A stretch of 64,000 nucleotides of DNA from Dehalococcoidia bacterium (lineage in GTDB: Bacteria > Chloroflexota > Dehalococcoidia > Lucifugimonadales > Australimonadaceae): contig OZ252088.1 of NCBI GenBank assembly GCA_965248065.1, positions 1,292,773 to 1,356,772 of the forward strand. Reading direction: 5' to 3'. The notes under the pieces are model-generated. The model was not told the DNA's origin, did not search any database, and saw nothing but the letters and a program-made list of their open reading frames with translations. The first letter of the stretch is position 1. Each line of letters begins with the position of its first letter. A program made the position numbers and the translations under genes. This document shows, piece by piece, positions 9,689-18,970 of the stretch.

Positions 9689-10645
9689 ATGCAGGCTACA
9701 GTAAAGGTGCGGCGCTACGACCCGGAGACTTCGGACCAGCCGCGGTTCCAGGACTATCAGATTGAGACGCCGGATCATTTCACCGTGCTGGACACGCTGG
9801 TGAAGATCCGTGAGGAGGTCGACCCGAGCCTTGCGCTGCGGTGCTCGTGCCGGGCGGCGATATGCGGCTCGTGCGCGATGCGCGTCGACGGCCAGGCGAG
9901 GCTTGCCTGCAACACGCGGCTCAGCTCGGTGGTACGGGACGGCGGCGAGGTCACGGTCGAGCCGATGGGCAATCAGCGGGTCGTGAAAGACTTGGTGATC
10001 GACCTGCAGCTCTTCTGGGGCAAGGTGCGGGCAGTGGAGCCCTACCTGCAGCCGGACGTGGAGCCAGAGGAGGAGTTCATCGCCTCCAACGAGTCGATGC
10101 TGAACCTCCTCACGCCAATGGGCTGCATTATGTGCGGCGCCTGCGTGTCCGACTGCACAGCCCTCGAGGTCGATAAGAACTTCTTGGGGCCTGCCGCCCT
10201 GGCCAAGTCCTACCGGTTCGTCGCCGACCCTCGCGATGACAAGGCGAAGCAACGCCTAGACACGTTGAACGAGTATGGCGGCGTGTGGGACTGCACGCGC
10301 TGCTACATGTGCGTGGAGGTCTGCCCCAAAGGCGTCGCGCCCATGGACCGAATCATGGAGTTGCGGGACTCGCTGATGCAGGCCGGCGTCACGAACACGC
10401 CGGGGGCGCGCCATGTGGAGTCTTTCGCCAAATCGGTCGCGAGGTCGGGGTGGTTGGACGAAACGATGCTGGCGGTCGATTCCTGGGGCAAGTTCAACGT
10501 GCCCAAGCTGGTCGGCGAGGCGCCCCTTGGCCTGCGGGTGTTGCGTCGCGGCAAGTTCCCGTTGCCCGGCCTCCTCCACCACAAGCGGCCCGGACACCAG
10601 AACGTCCGCCGGTTGTTCGAGCGGTTGGGCGCCCTCGACAACTAG
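9689..10645 (+). CDS. sdhB: succinate dehydrogenase / fumarate reductase iron-sulfur subunit, with ~60-aa C-terminal extension
   Basis: 318 aa. 2Fe-2S CSCRAAICGSCAM, 4Fe-4S CIMCGACVSDC and CTRCYMCVEVCPKG. AAGAGGA RBS before ATG 9689. Confidence 0.9.
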   Translation: MQATVKVRRYDPETSDQPRFQDYQIETPDHFTVLDTLVKIREEVDPSLALRCSCRAAICGSCAMRVDGQARLACNTRLSSVVRDGGEVTVEPMGNQRVVKDLVIDLQLFWGKVRAVEPYLQPDVEPEEEFIASNESMLNLLTPMGCIMCGACVSDCTALEVDKNFLGPAALAKSYRFVADPRDDKAKQRLDTLNEYGGVWDCTRCYMCVEVCPKGVAPMDRIMELRDSLMQAGVTNTPGARHVESFAKSVARSGWLDETMLAVDSWGKFNVPKLVGEAPLGLRVLRRGKFPLPGLLHHKRPGHQNVRRLFERLGALDN

Positions 10646-10682
10646 CCTTGGCCCACCGTCTGATTACGAGCAAGGAGCAACG

Positions 10683-11570
10683 ATGAAGTACGCCTTCTAT
10701 CCAGGATGTGTATCTCGCGGCGGAGCGCCGGAGCTTTACGCGTCCACGATGGCCATCGCGGGAAAGCTGGGCATCGAGCTCGAGGAGATCGTGGGCGCCG
10801 CCTGCACGGGTGCCGGCGTTCTCCAAGAGAAGGGCTTGAAGCTGGGCGACACGCTGAACGCGCGGACCTTTGCGATGGCGGAGCGGATGGGGCTTACGAC
10901 GGTCCTCAATATCTGCTCGACCTGCCAGGGCGTGATGGCGCAGGCGAACCACCGCCTGCTCGCCGATCCGGACTATCTGGCCGAGATCAACGAGGAGCTC
11001 AAGCCGGAGAGACTCGAATACACCGGCAGGGTGGTGATCAAGCATCTTGCATGGGTGATCGTCGAGGAGGTTGGCATTGACGTGCTGAAGAGCCTCGTCA
11101 CCAACCCGCTGCCGAATCTCAAGGTGGCGCCGTTCTACGGGTGCTACATCCTTCGGCCGTCCTGGGCGCTGGGCCTCGACGAGAACCCCGGCCGCGAGCA
11201 GTACCTAGAGCAGATTATCGAGGCGTGCGGCGCCGAGCCGGTGAATTTTCCCGGTAGGACCAAGTGTTGCGGCTTCCCAATCATGCTCATCAACGAACGG
11301 AACTCAATGGCGATGGTCGCGAACCACACCGCGAGCGCCCACGAGCACGGGGCGGATGCAATGGTCACCCCATGCCCGCTCTGTCATCTGAACCTGGACG
11401 GTCAGCAGCCCAAGGCGGCGGCGCAGCGGGGGCAGAAGATCAACCTGCCGATCCTTCACCTCCCGCAGATGATTGGCCTCGCGATGGGGCTGTCTCCCAA
11501 GCGGTTGGGTATGGGCCAGCACATCGTGAGCACCAAGCCGCTCTTGGAGAAGGCGAGCCTTCGGGCCTAG
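10683..11570 (+). CDS. HdrB/GlpC-like cysteine-rich (CCG) subunit, SdhE-type third subunit of a non-classical succinate:quinone or thiol:fumarate reductase
   Basis: Trimmed to ATG 10683 (MKYAFYPGC) with AAGGAG 6 nt upstream. Two CCG-type motifs (CSTCQG..., KCCGFP, PCPLCHLN). Directly follows sdhAB. Confidence 0.8.
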   Translation: MKYAFYPGCVSRGGAPELYASTMAIAGKLGIELEEIVGAACTGAGVLQEKGLKLGDTLNARTFAMAERMGLTTVLNICSTCQGVMAQANHRLLADPDYLAEINEELKPERLEYTGRVVIKHLAWVIVEEVGIDVLKSLVTNPLPNLKVAPFYGCYILRPSWALGLDENPGREQYLEQIIEACGAEPVNFPGRTKCCGFPIMLINERNSMAMVANHTASAHEHGADAMVTPCPLCHLNLDGQQPKAAAQRGQKINLPILHLPQMIGLAMGLSPKRLGMGQHIVSTKPLLEKASLRA

Positions 11571-12223
11571 CTGACGAAGCCGATGTCGGCCTCGTAGGCC
11601 GACATAATCTCGCCGGCGAGGTCTTGGAGGGACTCGAAAGGGTCGGGGCCGGGAGGGATGTCCTCTTCAGCCTCGCCTTCCGTGAAGTCTTCGACGGCCT
11701 CCTCCTGTGAGCGGTTGAAGGCATTGCGCAGGACGAGAGCCGCCGAGCGCTGGACGCGCGCCAGGATGAGGCCGTACTCGAAGCTCATACTGAGGGCGTT
11801 CTGGGCTGTCTCCGTATCGGCGTGTCCGCTTTCTCCATCTTCGAGGGCCTTGAGAAGTTGGTCGATGAAGTCCTCCGGTTCGAGGGGCTCCATCGAGCTC
11901 CTGGCGGCTGCGACCCGCTCTTCGAGTGGACCCCGGCACTCCTCGATGATGTGCTCGACTTGGTCCGGGTGCGTCTGCTCCAACACTGGCTCGATGCGCG
12001 CAGGGAAATCGACGCCGACCGCGCACCCGAGCGCGAACGCGCCGACAGTCGCCTCCGAAAGCGGCCCGCCGTCGTAGAAAGGCTCGCCGTCGTGCTCGTG
12101 GGCCGGAAGGCCCTCCAGGTAGAGGGCGACAACCACGTCGGTGAAGGCGATGGGGCCGCCGTCGGCGTCATCGTGGGGGTCGCGGGATTCCAGGGGGATG
12201 ATGCGGTCAGACATGGACGCCAT
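11567..12223 (-). CDS. hypothetical acidic protein
   Basis: 218 aa from ATG 12221-12223 (MASMSDRIIPLE...). Protein-like, Asp/Glu-rich composition with high GC3; the upstream part of the track ORF is Arg/Ser/Pro junk. No family recognised. Stop overlaps the sdhE-like stop (convergent). Confidence 0.5.
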   Translation of the reverse strand: MASMSDRIIPLESRDPHDDADGGPIAFTDVVVALYLEGLPAHEHDGEPFYDGGPLSEATVGAFALGCAVGVDFPARIEPVLEQTHPDQVEHIIEECRGPLEERVAAARSSMEPLEPEDFIDQLLKALEDGESGHADTETAQNALSMSFEYGLILARVQRSAALVLRNAFNRSQEEAVEDFTEGEAEEDIPPGPDPFESLQDLAGEIMSAYEADIGFVS

Positions 12224-12329
12224 TGTAGAGGAGTAGGCCGGATTTGGGGGCGGGTCCTCCTTCCCTAAGTCCCCACGCACAATGGCCCCTTCTTCAATCC
12301 TCCCCCGCATGTGGACAGGAGGACCTGCG

Positions 12330-13664
12330 TTACTGCGGGGCCTGCGGCGGAGGCAGCGTTCCCTTGAGCTGCCGGACGATGCTGGCCAGGAATGCCCCGA
12401 TGAGCAGGGCTGCAATCGCTACAATGGTGGGGAGCAGCCAAGGGTAACGTTCGGTGAAGGGTTTGGGCGGCTGGGCAGGCACGGCGAATGCCGGGTTCTG
12501 AGTGTGCGGTCCCAAAACTGCGACGGGAAGTCCCTCGGTGACCAGGTAAGGGAAGACTCGCTCTAGGTCATAGGATGGCGCGGACGCATCCGGGTTGTCG
12601 TAGAACAGCCGGTAGGACTGGCCCGGGTCTGCGGAGAACACCAGCTTCCTCACGAAGCCGCTGGCCTGTGCGCCTTCCACCGGCAGCGGCGGATTGTCTT
12701 CGTTGGCGATGGTGACCCGGTAATACCGGTACCGGGACTCTCCAAAACCGATGGACAGGTCGCTGCCAACAAACTTGGGTGTGTCGAAGTCGTAGAGCGT
12801 CTCGTTGCCTTGCACGGTGCGCCAGGTCGTCAGGTCGTCGCTTCCCTCCAACGACACCCGGCGGTGGAAGTTGCTTTCAGGAATGTCCAGTTCGATGCTG
12901 TTGGCCGGAAACCCGGCGCTAGCTCCGTCCAACAGTAAGACGGTCTCCTTCCGCTCCGGGTCATCCTCCCGTCCGGCGACCACCAACGGTAGAGTGGCGC
13001 GCCGGGGCTCCAGCCGCCGGGCGAAGAAGACCACGCCCCCGTGGATATTCAGTGGCCCCAGTCCCTCGTCGGTGATCCCCACCCTGAGAAAGCGTGCAGT
13101 GCTGTCTGGGTAGGTCACGCGGGTGTCCCTAGCCGTGAAGCCGCGTTCCTCGACGGTAAGGTCGAAGATGACACTGCTGCTCCGCAGAGTCCGCCAGGAC
13201 TCTCCGTCATCGCTGCCTTCGATCGCGACCTGTCTTTGAAAGTTCTGCGAAGAGGTCTGAATCTCCAGTTCGTTATGAAGAGCTCCGTCCGAGAGCAGGT
13301 CCAGAACAAAGCTCGTGTGCCGCCCGGCGGCGTGACCAAGGTCGCGCATCTTCGCCGCCACCGCCGCTCTTCGTTGGTCGCCCGACTCCACCAGCAGCTT
13401 ATAAGGCTCTTCCCTGCCCTCTCGCTGCCCGGTGACGCGGAGGTCTCGCAGCGCAGGGGAGGCGTGGGCGTACACCTCCGGGTCCAACTCCATCTCCACT
13501 AGACCAGGTCCCATGAAGTTGTCGGGCAGCATGGCCTGCTTGTAGAAGCGCCAGTCTTTCTCGGTGAAAGCTGCGAATAGCGGGAACGCGGTCAGCAGCG
13601 CCGCCAGCACCGAGAGGGCGGCCAGCGCGAGACGCGGCGCCGTTACCTTAGGTCCGCCGGTCAA
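12330..13664 (-). CDS. DUF3999-like exported protein with C-terminal TM anchor
   Basis: 444 aa. N-terminal signal/TM (LALAALSVLAALLTAF), C-terminal TM (WLLPTIVAIAALLIGAFLASIV). Family assignment is from memory of the DUF3999/DUF2339 gene pair. 17-nt overlap with the upstream gene. Confidence 0.6.
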   Translation of the reverse strand: MTGGPKVTAPRLALAALSVLAALLTAFPLFAAFTEKDWRFYKQAMLPDNFMGPGLVEMELDPEVYAHASPALRDLRVTGQREGREEPYKLLVESGDQRRAAVAAKMRDLGHAAGRHTSFVLDLLSDGALHNELEIQTSSQNFQRQVAIEGSDDGESWRTLRSSSVIFDLTVEERGFTARDTRVTYPDSTARFLRVGITDEGLGPLNIHGGVVFFARRLEPRRATLPLVVAGREDDPERKETVLLLDGASAGFPANSIELDIPESNFHRRVSLEGSDDLTTWRTVQGNETLYDFDTPKFVGSDLSIGFGESRYRYYRVTIANEDNPPLPVEGAQASGFVRKLVFSADPGQSYRLFYDNPDASAPSYDLERVFPYLVTEGLPVAVLGPHTQNPAFAVPAQPPKPFTERYPWLLPTIVAIAALLIGAFLASIVRQLKGTLPPPQAPQ

Positions 13665-16149
13665 AGAGGAACCCTCTGATGGCCTGGCTGTAGCGTTGGT
13701 AAACCAGGCCCGTTCCCAGAAGGAGGACTCCCAGGGTCACGAAGGCCGCGACCCGATACCCTCGCTCCAGGAGGAAGACGTCGAATACGAACAGCTTGGC
13801 CACCGGGATTGCCAGCAGCGCCATTCCTGTCAGCCTGACCTTGGTGGACCGCAGGACGATTCCGGCGCCGATTACCCCGATGGAGTAGACAGCCCAGAGC
13901 ACCGTTAGCGATAGATGCTTCGCGCTGAGGTAGTCCTCTCCCACCCGGACCTCAAGGCTGCCAAAGTAGTGCAGGATTTCTTGGCTCAAGGCCCACACCC
14001 CCACCAGGTTGGCGGCCGCGAGTAGAACTTGCCATGCATATGCTTCTGTTTCGGGCATTCGCGGCGATTCCCGCCGAAACCAGTAGGCCGTTCCCAGCAG
14101 CGCCGCAAGAACGAGGAAGAAGGTAAGGAATTGGATGTTCAGAAAGGCAGTGAAGGTCAACGGGTCCAGTATGACCCGCTCGGTGTCCCCCAAGAGCTTG
14201 AGCACGGCAAGACCCATCAGGACCAGCCCCGCCCATCTGACCAGGAGCAATCTGCGGCCCAGTCCCACCGCCATCAGTATGAAGGCGTACATGGTGAACA
14301 TGACCGTCAGGGACAGTTCCGTGGCGTTGTTTAAGCTCTGCAACTGTTCGAAGCTGGGATCTTCCATCCCTTGGCCCCGGCTGTCGAAGTAATTGACTAT
14401 CTCCAAACTGAGGAGCGCCAGAGTGAGCAGGTTGGCTATTCCAAAGAGCGTTGGAGCGGCATATTGCTCTTGCCGCATCAGCACGGCGCGGTTCCGCCAG
14501 TAGAGAAAGCCGGCGGCGTAGAACGCGGCAATCACAGCCAGAAATACAGGGAAGCGTTCGTTGATGACCGGTCGGAAATCGTCCAGATTGACCCCGACAT
14601 CAAACAGGGCCAGGTGCGCCACCGACAGGGCCACTGCCCCCAGCCCGAACGCACGCGTCGGCCATCGGCCCAGCGTGAACCCGGACCAGACCAGCACCCC
14701 CCCCTGCGCCGCCCAGGCAACGGTCACCCAGACCCCGCTGAGCTGCAGCGGCACGGCGATGGTCAGGAACACCAGCGCCACCGGCAGGGCAATCAGCGCT
14801 ATCTCAGGAGGGGCGCCGGGCCGCTTGACCGCTGCGTATGCAGTCAAGCCATAGAATAGGGCCAGCCCCAAGGCTATCGGCCCCAACCAGACCACGCGGT
14901 CCTCTCCCAAGATGCCCACGGTCAGCGCGAAGTATGCGGTGGCGTTGATGGCCACCAGGCCCATATCAAGCGGTGTGGGGATCCGCCGCCACAGCAGGTG
15001 GAATAGCGTGGTTGCCCCGGCGAATATCAGAAAAATTGCCGTAAGTGCAATCTGGATCAGGACTGGTCCGTAGTCTGGAAATGCGGCCAGTCCGTAGGTG
15101 AGGACTGCGTAAGAGCCGGCCCATCCCAGGAGGATGAACCACCGCCAGTTGCGGAAGGTCGAGACTCCTAGAATCCCCAGGTCAACCAACACAATGTAGA
15201 CCAGCAGCAGCCGGATGTCGGGCAGATCAGGTCCCAGCAGCACCGGAGCCAGGAAAGCCCCGACGACGCCCAACAGGGCGATGACCATCGATTCGTACCG
15301 GAGGGCCAGCAGCCCGGCCAGGGCGACCACCAGCGCCATGAAGAGGAACGCTGCATCGGGGCGCAGCAGCTGGTACAGGCCGAAGGAGGCGTAGATGGAT
15401 AGGTAGAGGATTGCAGCCCCGCTCGCCGTCACGGGTTGCGCCCACACGGGAATGCGCCGCTGGGCATATTCCCCCACGCCTAGCAGGGCTATCCCCAACC
15501 CGATGCCCAGGGCGATTCGTCCGGTGTTGCCAATCCAGTTGTTGTCGAAGGCCAGCTTCAGGAAGAAGCCGATGCCCAACACCAGGGCCACCGCTCCGAT
15601 GATGGCGAACCAGTTCCTGCCGAGCACCTGCTCCCAGTCGATTGAGACCTTCCGAAACCCGGCGTCGCCGCCGGAAGCCCTTCCGGCGCCGGGTGGAGGC
15701 GAGGGCGGCGAACCACCCAACGCCCCGGGACTGGCACCGGCATAAGCGCCCACCGAAGCTGGCCGAAGGCTGGACGGTGTTTCGTTCGGCGGCCGTGTGG
15801 ATTCTGCGACGCGAGGCTGGTCCGGCACCGGAGCCTCCGGCGGGTATCCAGGTGTGGCCGTGGGCGGAGGCGAGTCGGGGGCGAGAGTGGTTGGCGCTTC
15901 CTGGCCGAGCTCCAGTTGGGCTATCCGGTCTTGGAGGCGGTCGAGGAGCAACCCAGCTTCTCGGAGTTGGCTTCTCACCGACGCCAGCTCCCCCTGAAAG
16001 GCCCGCCGCTCTTCCTCCTCGACCGCCCCAGTGGGGGATTCCGAACCTGGGCCTTGGACAGAGGTCAAGCTACCGCCGCACCTGGCGCAGAAGGAGTTGC
16101 CAGCTAGGTTCGACTGTCGGCAATTGGGGCAGGTAATCTCGCCGGACAT
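13648..16149 (-). CDS. zinc-ribbon + coiled-coil + polytopic membrane protein (DUF2339-like)
   Basis: Trimmed to ATG 16147-16149 (MSGEITCPNCRQSNLAGNSFCARCGG = CxxC...CxxC zinc ribbon) with a GAAGGGAAGGGG RBS region. Followed by a Pro-rich linker and more than 15 hydrophobic helices. Confidence 0.7.
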   Translation of the reverse strand: MSGEITCPNCRQSNLAGNSFCARCGGSLTSVQGPGSESPTGAVEEEERRAFQGELASVRSQLREAGLLLDRLQDRIAQLELGQEAPTTLAPDSPPPTATPGYPPEAPVPDQPRVAESTRPPNETPSSLRPASVGAYAGASPGALGGSPPSPPPGAGRASGGDAGFRKVSIDWEQVLGRNWFAIIGAVALVLGIGFFLKLAFDNNWIGNTGRIALGIGLGIALLGVGEYAQRRIPVWAQPVTASGAAILYLSIYASFGLYQLLRPDAAFLFMALVVALAGLLALRYESMVIALLGVVGAFLAPVLLGPDLPDIRLLLVYIVLVDLGILGVSTFRNWRWFILLGWAGSYAVLTYGLAAFPDYGPVLIQIALTAIFLIFAGATTLFHLLWRRIPTPLDMGLVAINATAYFALTVGILGEDRVVWLGPIALGLALFYGLTAYAAVKRPGAPPEIALIALPVALVFLTIAVPLQLSGVWVTVAWAAQGGVLVWSGFTLGRWPTRAFGLGAVALSVAHLALFDVGVNLDDFRPVINERFPVFLAVIAAFYAAGFLYWRNRAVLMRQEQYAAPTLFGIANLLTLALLSLEIVNYFDSRGQGMEDPSFEQLQSLNNATELSLTVMFTMYAFILMAVGLGRRLLLVRWAGLVLMGLAVLKLLGDTERVILDPLTFTAFLNIQFLTFFLVLAALLGTAYWFRRESPRMPETEAYAWQVLLAAANLVGVWALSQEILHYFGSLEVRVGEDYLSAKHLSLTVLWAVYSIGVIGAGIVLRSTKVRLTGMALLAIPVAKLFVFDVFLLERGYRVAAFVTLGVLLLGTGLVYQRYSQAIRGFLFDRRT

Positions 16150-16377
16150 CCGCCCCTTCCCTTCTAAGACCTGAGGCCTGACTATACCACCTCCGTGCCG
16201 TACTCCCATCCTCGAATGGAAACCGCAAGGCTTCCACGTTCGCCCTCCTTCCCTAAGTCCAACGCACAATGAGGGAAGGGGCTTAGCGTTCCTCCCGGTG
16301 GGATCGGACATGCAGTCCTTCTTGCCGCGGGGGAGTGGTAGGCTCCCGTCTAGATTAGGTTGGAGATGGAGGGGCGG

Positions 16378-17208
16378 ATGGCTACCGAATCGCTTGCCGG
16401 GAAGGTCGCGATTGTGACGGGGGCTGGGAGCAGCCGAGGGATGGGGCGCGTGATGGCGCTGGCGCTAGTCGGGGCAGGCGCTCACGTCGCAATGCTGGAC
16501 GTCGACGCCAACTCGCTGGAGCTGACCGTCAACGAGGCCCGCGAGCTCGGGGGCGACGACGCGGCGATGCCTATCGTGGCGGACATCAGCGATTGGGGCG
16601 ATGCGCAGCGCGCGGTCAGGGAGACAATCGATGGTCTCGGCGGCTTGCACGTCCTGGTCAACCACGCCGGGGTCAACGCCCGCTTGGCTGGTCTACCTGA
16701 AGACGAGCATCCTCCTTTCTGGGAGCTGCCAACCGACGTGTGGTTCCGCACGGTGGCCGTCAACGTGAGCGGTCCGTTCCTCATGGCGCGGGCGGCGGTG
16801 GGGCACATGGCGGCGCAGGGCTGGGGCAGGGTGATTGGGGTGACGACGAACCTGGACACGATGATTCGAAGCCTGCCGTACGGGCCGACGAAGGCCGCGC
16901 ACGAGGCGCTCGTGGCTTGCATGGCCCCCGAGGTGGAGGGGACAGGCGTGACGGTGAACGCGCTGCTGCCGGGCGGCGGCACGAACACGAATTTCGGCGG
17001 CGCCGGGCCCGGCGACCCGGACAGGCTCGAACCCGAGATTATGGGCCCGCCGGCGGTTTGGCTGGCGTCCGACGCGTCGGCTGGCGTGAACGGCATGCGC
17101 ATCATCGCGATGCATTGGGACGCAGGGCGGCCTGCCGAGGAGAACCTGGCTGCGGCAGGCGCGCCTGCCGCGTGGCCGCAACTCGGCCGCCAGCCCAGGA
17201 GCGGGTAG
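16378..17208 (+). CDS. short-chain dehydrogenase/reductase, paralog of 5073..5912
   Basis: GKVAIVTGAGSSRGMG, NHAG, YGPTKAA. Long collinear identity with the other SDR (e.g. DAQRAVRETIDGLGGLH shared). ATG 16378 preferred (GGAGG 5 nt upstream); the track start 16360 is TTG. Confidence 0.85.
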   Translation: MATESLAGKVAIVTGAGSSRGMGRVMALALVGAGAHVAMLDVDANSLELTVNEARELGGDDAAMPIVADISDWGDAQRAVRETIDGLGGLHVLVNHAGVNARLAGLPEDEHPPFWELPTDVWFRTVAVNVSGPFLMARAAVGHMAAQGWGRVIGVTTNLDTMIRSLPYGPTKAAHEALVACMAPEVEGTGVTVNALLPGGGTNTNFGGAGPGDPDRLEPEIMGPPAVWLASDASAGVNGMRIIAMHWDAGRPAEENLAAAGAPAAWPQLGRQPRSG

Positions 17209-17220
17209 CCCCTACCCCCG

Positions 17221-17249
17221 GCCCCTCTCCCGTCTGCGGGGGAGGGGGC
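17221..17249. terminator. REP-type GC hairpin between convergent genes (possible bidirectional terminator)
   Basis: GCCCCTCTCCCGTCTGCGGGGGAGGGGGC lies in the 44-bp gap between stop codons at 17208 (+) and 17253 (-). It belongs to the same hairpin family as 6869, 7584 and 20126. Confidence 0.4.
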
Positions 17250-17252
17250 CGC

Positions 17253-18332
17253 CTAGAGGCCGTAGAACGCCTTGGGGTTGTCGTGGGTCATCTTCTCGAC
17301 GACCGTCGCCGGGACTTCTTCGCGCTCTACACGTTCTTCGAGCATGCGGCGGAACTCCAGCTCGTGGGAAGTGTCCTGATGGGTGTAGTCAGAGCCGATC
17401 AGGAGATTGTCCTCGCCGATGTAGTTCAGGATCATCGTGATGTCCTCGTCGACCTGGCACGCGACGTAGACGCGGTTGCTCTTGAAGATGTCGTCTTCGA
17501 GCTTGAACTCCAGCTTGCGGCCCGTCACGTTGCTGGAGAGCTCATGGCGGTCGTAAAGGCGGCGGAGCTGGTAGTCGGCGAAGGGGACCCATGAGGCGCC
17601 TGACTCCACGCAACCGATGCGGAGCGTGGGGAAACGCGCGGGCAGGTTGTCTTCCAGCAGCGAGTAGACCCCGTTGATGGCGGGGGCCTTCGAGCGCAGG
17701 AGCCCGCGCCGCTCGTCCGGGGCGCCGCTGCCGGTGTGGAAGCAGATGGGCATATCGAGCCGTTCCGCCTCCTCATAGATAGGGAAGAAGTAGGGGTCGT
17801 TCGGCTGGAAGCCGACCTCGTCGTCCCCTTTCTTGAACACGCCGCAAGCCCCGTGGTCCTTGGCGAACCGGATCTCTTCGATAGAGGCCTCAATGTCCGC
17901 GAGCGCCGGTACACACACCCAGCGCAGGCGGCCCTTGGACTCGGCGCAGCGGTCCGCGAGCCATCGGTTGTAGCTGCGCGCGAGGGCGATCTGGGCCTCG
18001 GGCGTCGATGCGGGGACCTGGAGGAAGAACGTGGGATAAATCACCTGGACGGCGGTGCCGAGCTCGTCCATGTGCCGGAGCCGCGCATCCACGTCCAGAA
18101 GCTCGCGGGCCTCGATCTTTGTTCCACTCTTGGCGTCGTTGCGAACCACGCGGCGGGTGCGAATGCCTTCGACGACCCAGTCCCGCAGCTGTGGGCGGTC
18201 CGGGGCGGCGTCGGGGTTGGGGTAGAGATCGACGATGGGCTTGAAGCGTTGGTCCTCGGGCGGCATGTACTCCCATGTGGCCTCGGTCTCGTCGACGTGG
18301 GTATCGGCATCGATGACGCTGGTCAGGTTCAT
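17253..18332 (-). CDS. amidohydrolase_2 (ACMSD-like metal-dependent hydrolase/decarboxylase) family
   Basis: 359 aa. N-terminal VIDADTHVDE metal-binding HxH-type motif; GSDYTHQD near the C-terminus; TIM-barrel hydrolase pattern. Confidence 0.85.
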   Translation of the reverse strand: MNLTSVIDADTHVDETEATWEYMPPEDQRFKPIVDLYPNPDAAPDRPQLRDWVVEGIRTRRVVRNDAKSGTKIEARELLDVDARLRHMDELGTAVQVIYPTFFLQVPASTPEAQIALARSYNRWLADRCAESKGRLRWVCVPALADIEASIEEIRFAKDHGACGVFKKGDDEVGFQPNDPYFFPIYEEAERLDMPICFHTGSGAPDERRGLLRSKAPAINGVYSLLEDNLPARFPTLRIGCVESGASWVPFADYQLRRLYDRHELSSNVTGRKLEFKLEDDIFKSNRVYVACQVDEDITMILNYIGEDNLLIGSDYTHQDTSHELEFRRMLEERVEREEVPATVVEKMTHDNPKAFYGL

Positions 18333-18362
18333 ATCGCGGCTCCTGTGTTCCCTAAGCGCGGC

Positions 18363-18473
18363 GGATTCCTCATGCCGCCGATGCTATGCCGGTGGGATGC
18401 CGTGCGCAAGGCGAGTCCTCCCGGCCTCCCCGCGCTTCGCTGCGCTCGCACGCTCCCTCCCGCAGACGGGGGG
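18363..18473 (+). repeat. ~110-bp direct repeat, left copy (brackets the SET gene)
   Basis: GGATTCCTCATGCCGCCGATGCTATGCCG...GTGCGCAAGGCGAG...CGCTTCGCTGCGCTCGCAC...CCGCAGACGGGG aligns in direct orientation with 19547-19650 (roughly 85% by eye). Confidence 0.7.
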
Positions 18474-18504
18474 TGTTGATGCTCGCCCGCGCGAAGGGGG
18501 CTGG

Positions 18505-18725
18505 ATGAGGAAGTTGTCCGTTTGCATGAAAGCTGCCCACCGCATTTTGGCTAGGCGTGAAAAAGTTGTCGGTTCCACATTTGCCAGGCGTGAAAAGTTG
18601 TCGGGTTTGCATGCTGGTCAGGAGTAAAAAGTTGTTGGATTTGCGGGGTGAGACGAGGGTTTTGGAGGGTGTTTTCGTGGCCGTGGCCTGCTTGCTGGGT
18701 CTCAAAAGTTGATCACCGAGATTTT
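18505..18725 (+). repeat. degenerate direct-repeat array, core (G)TGAAAAAGTTGTCGG(N)TTTGC, 4-5 units
   Basis: Units at ~18507, 18556, 18590, 18624 and 18702 with 33-34-bp spacing in the middle three. Lies in the 640-bp non-coding gap upstream of the amidohydrolase gene. Confidence 0.65.
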
Positions 18726-18970
18726 TGTTTGTGCGGTTGCAGCCCCAGTGGTCCTCTCTCGCAGCCGGAGGGAGTGGCCCTTCCTGGTAGGGGGTGAGGG
18801 CGGCATAGGGCATACAGGGTACGCTCTTGGGGTGGGCTGGGGTAAGGGGCAAGTGTCGCAGGCGCGCTCCTTCAGGCAGTAGTTGTCCCCGGAGGTGTGG
18901 GAGCACGCCAATCGGCCTCGCTTCTAGCAAACAAAGAATACCTATACCCCAGCTCGTGTGATGCGATGAG

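Noticed and set aside
18505-18725. A CRISPR array, considered here and at 19790-19866 and 57141-57180.
   Set aside because: The repeats are 10-22 bp, degenerate, and spaced by 0-13 bp or by helical phasing. There are no 28-37-bp repeats with unique spacers of similar length, and no cas genes in the window.
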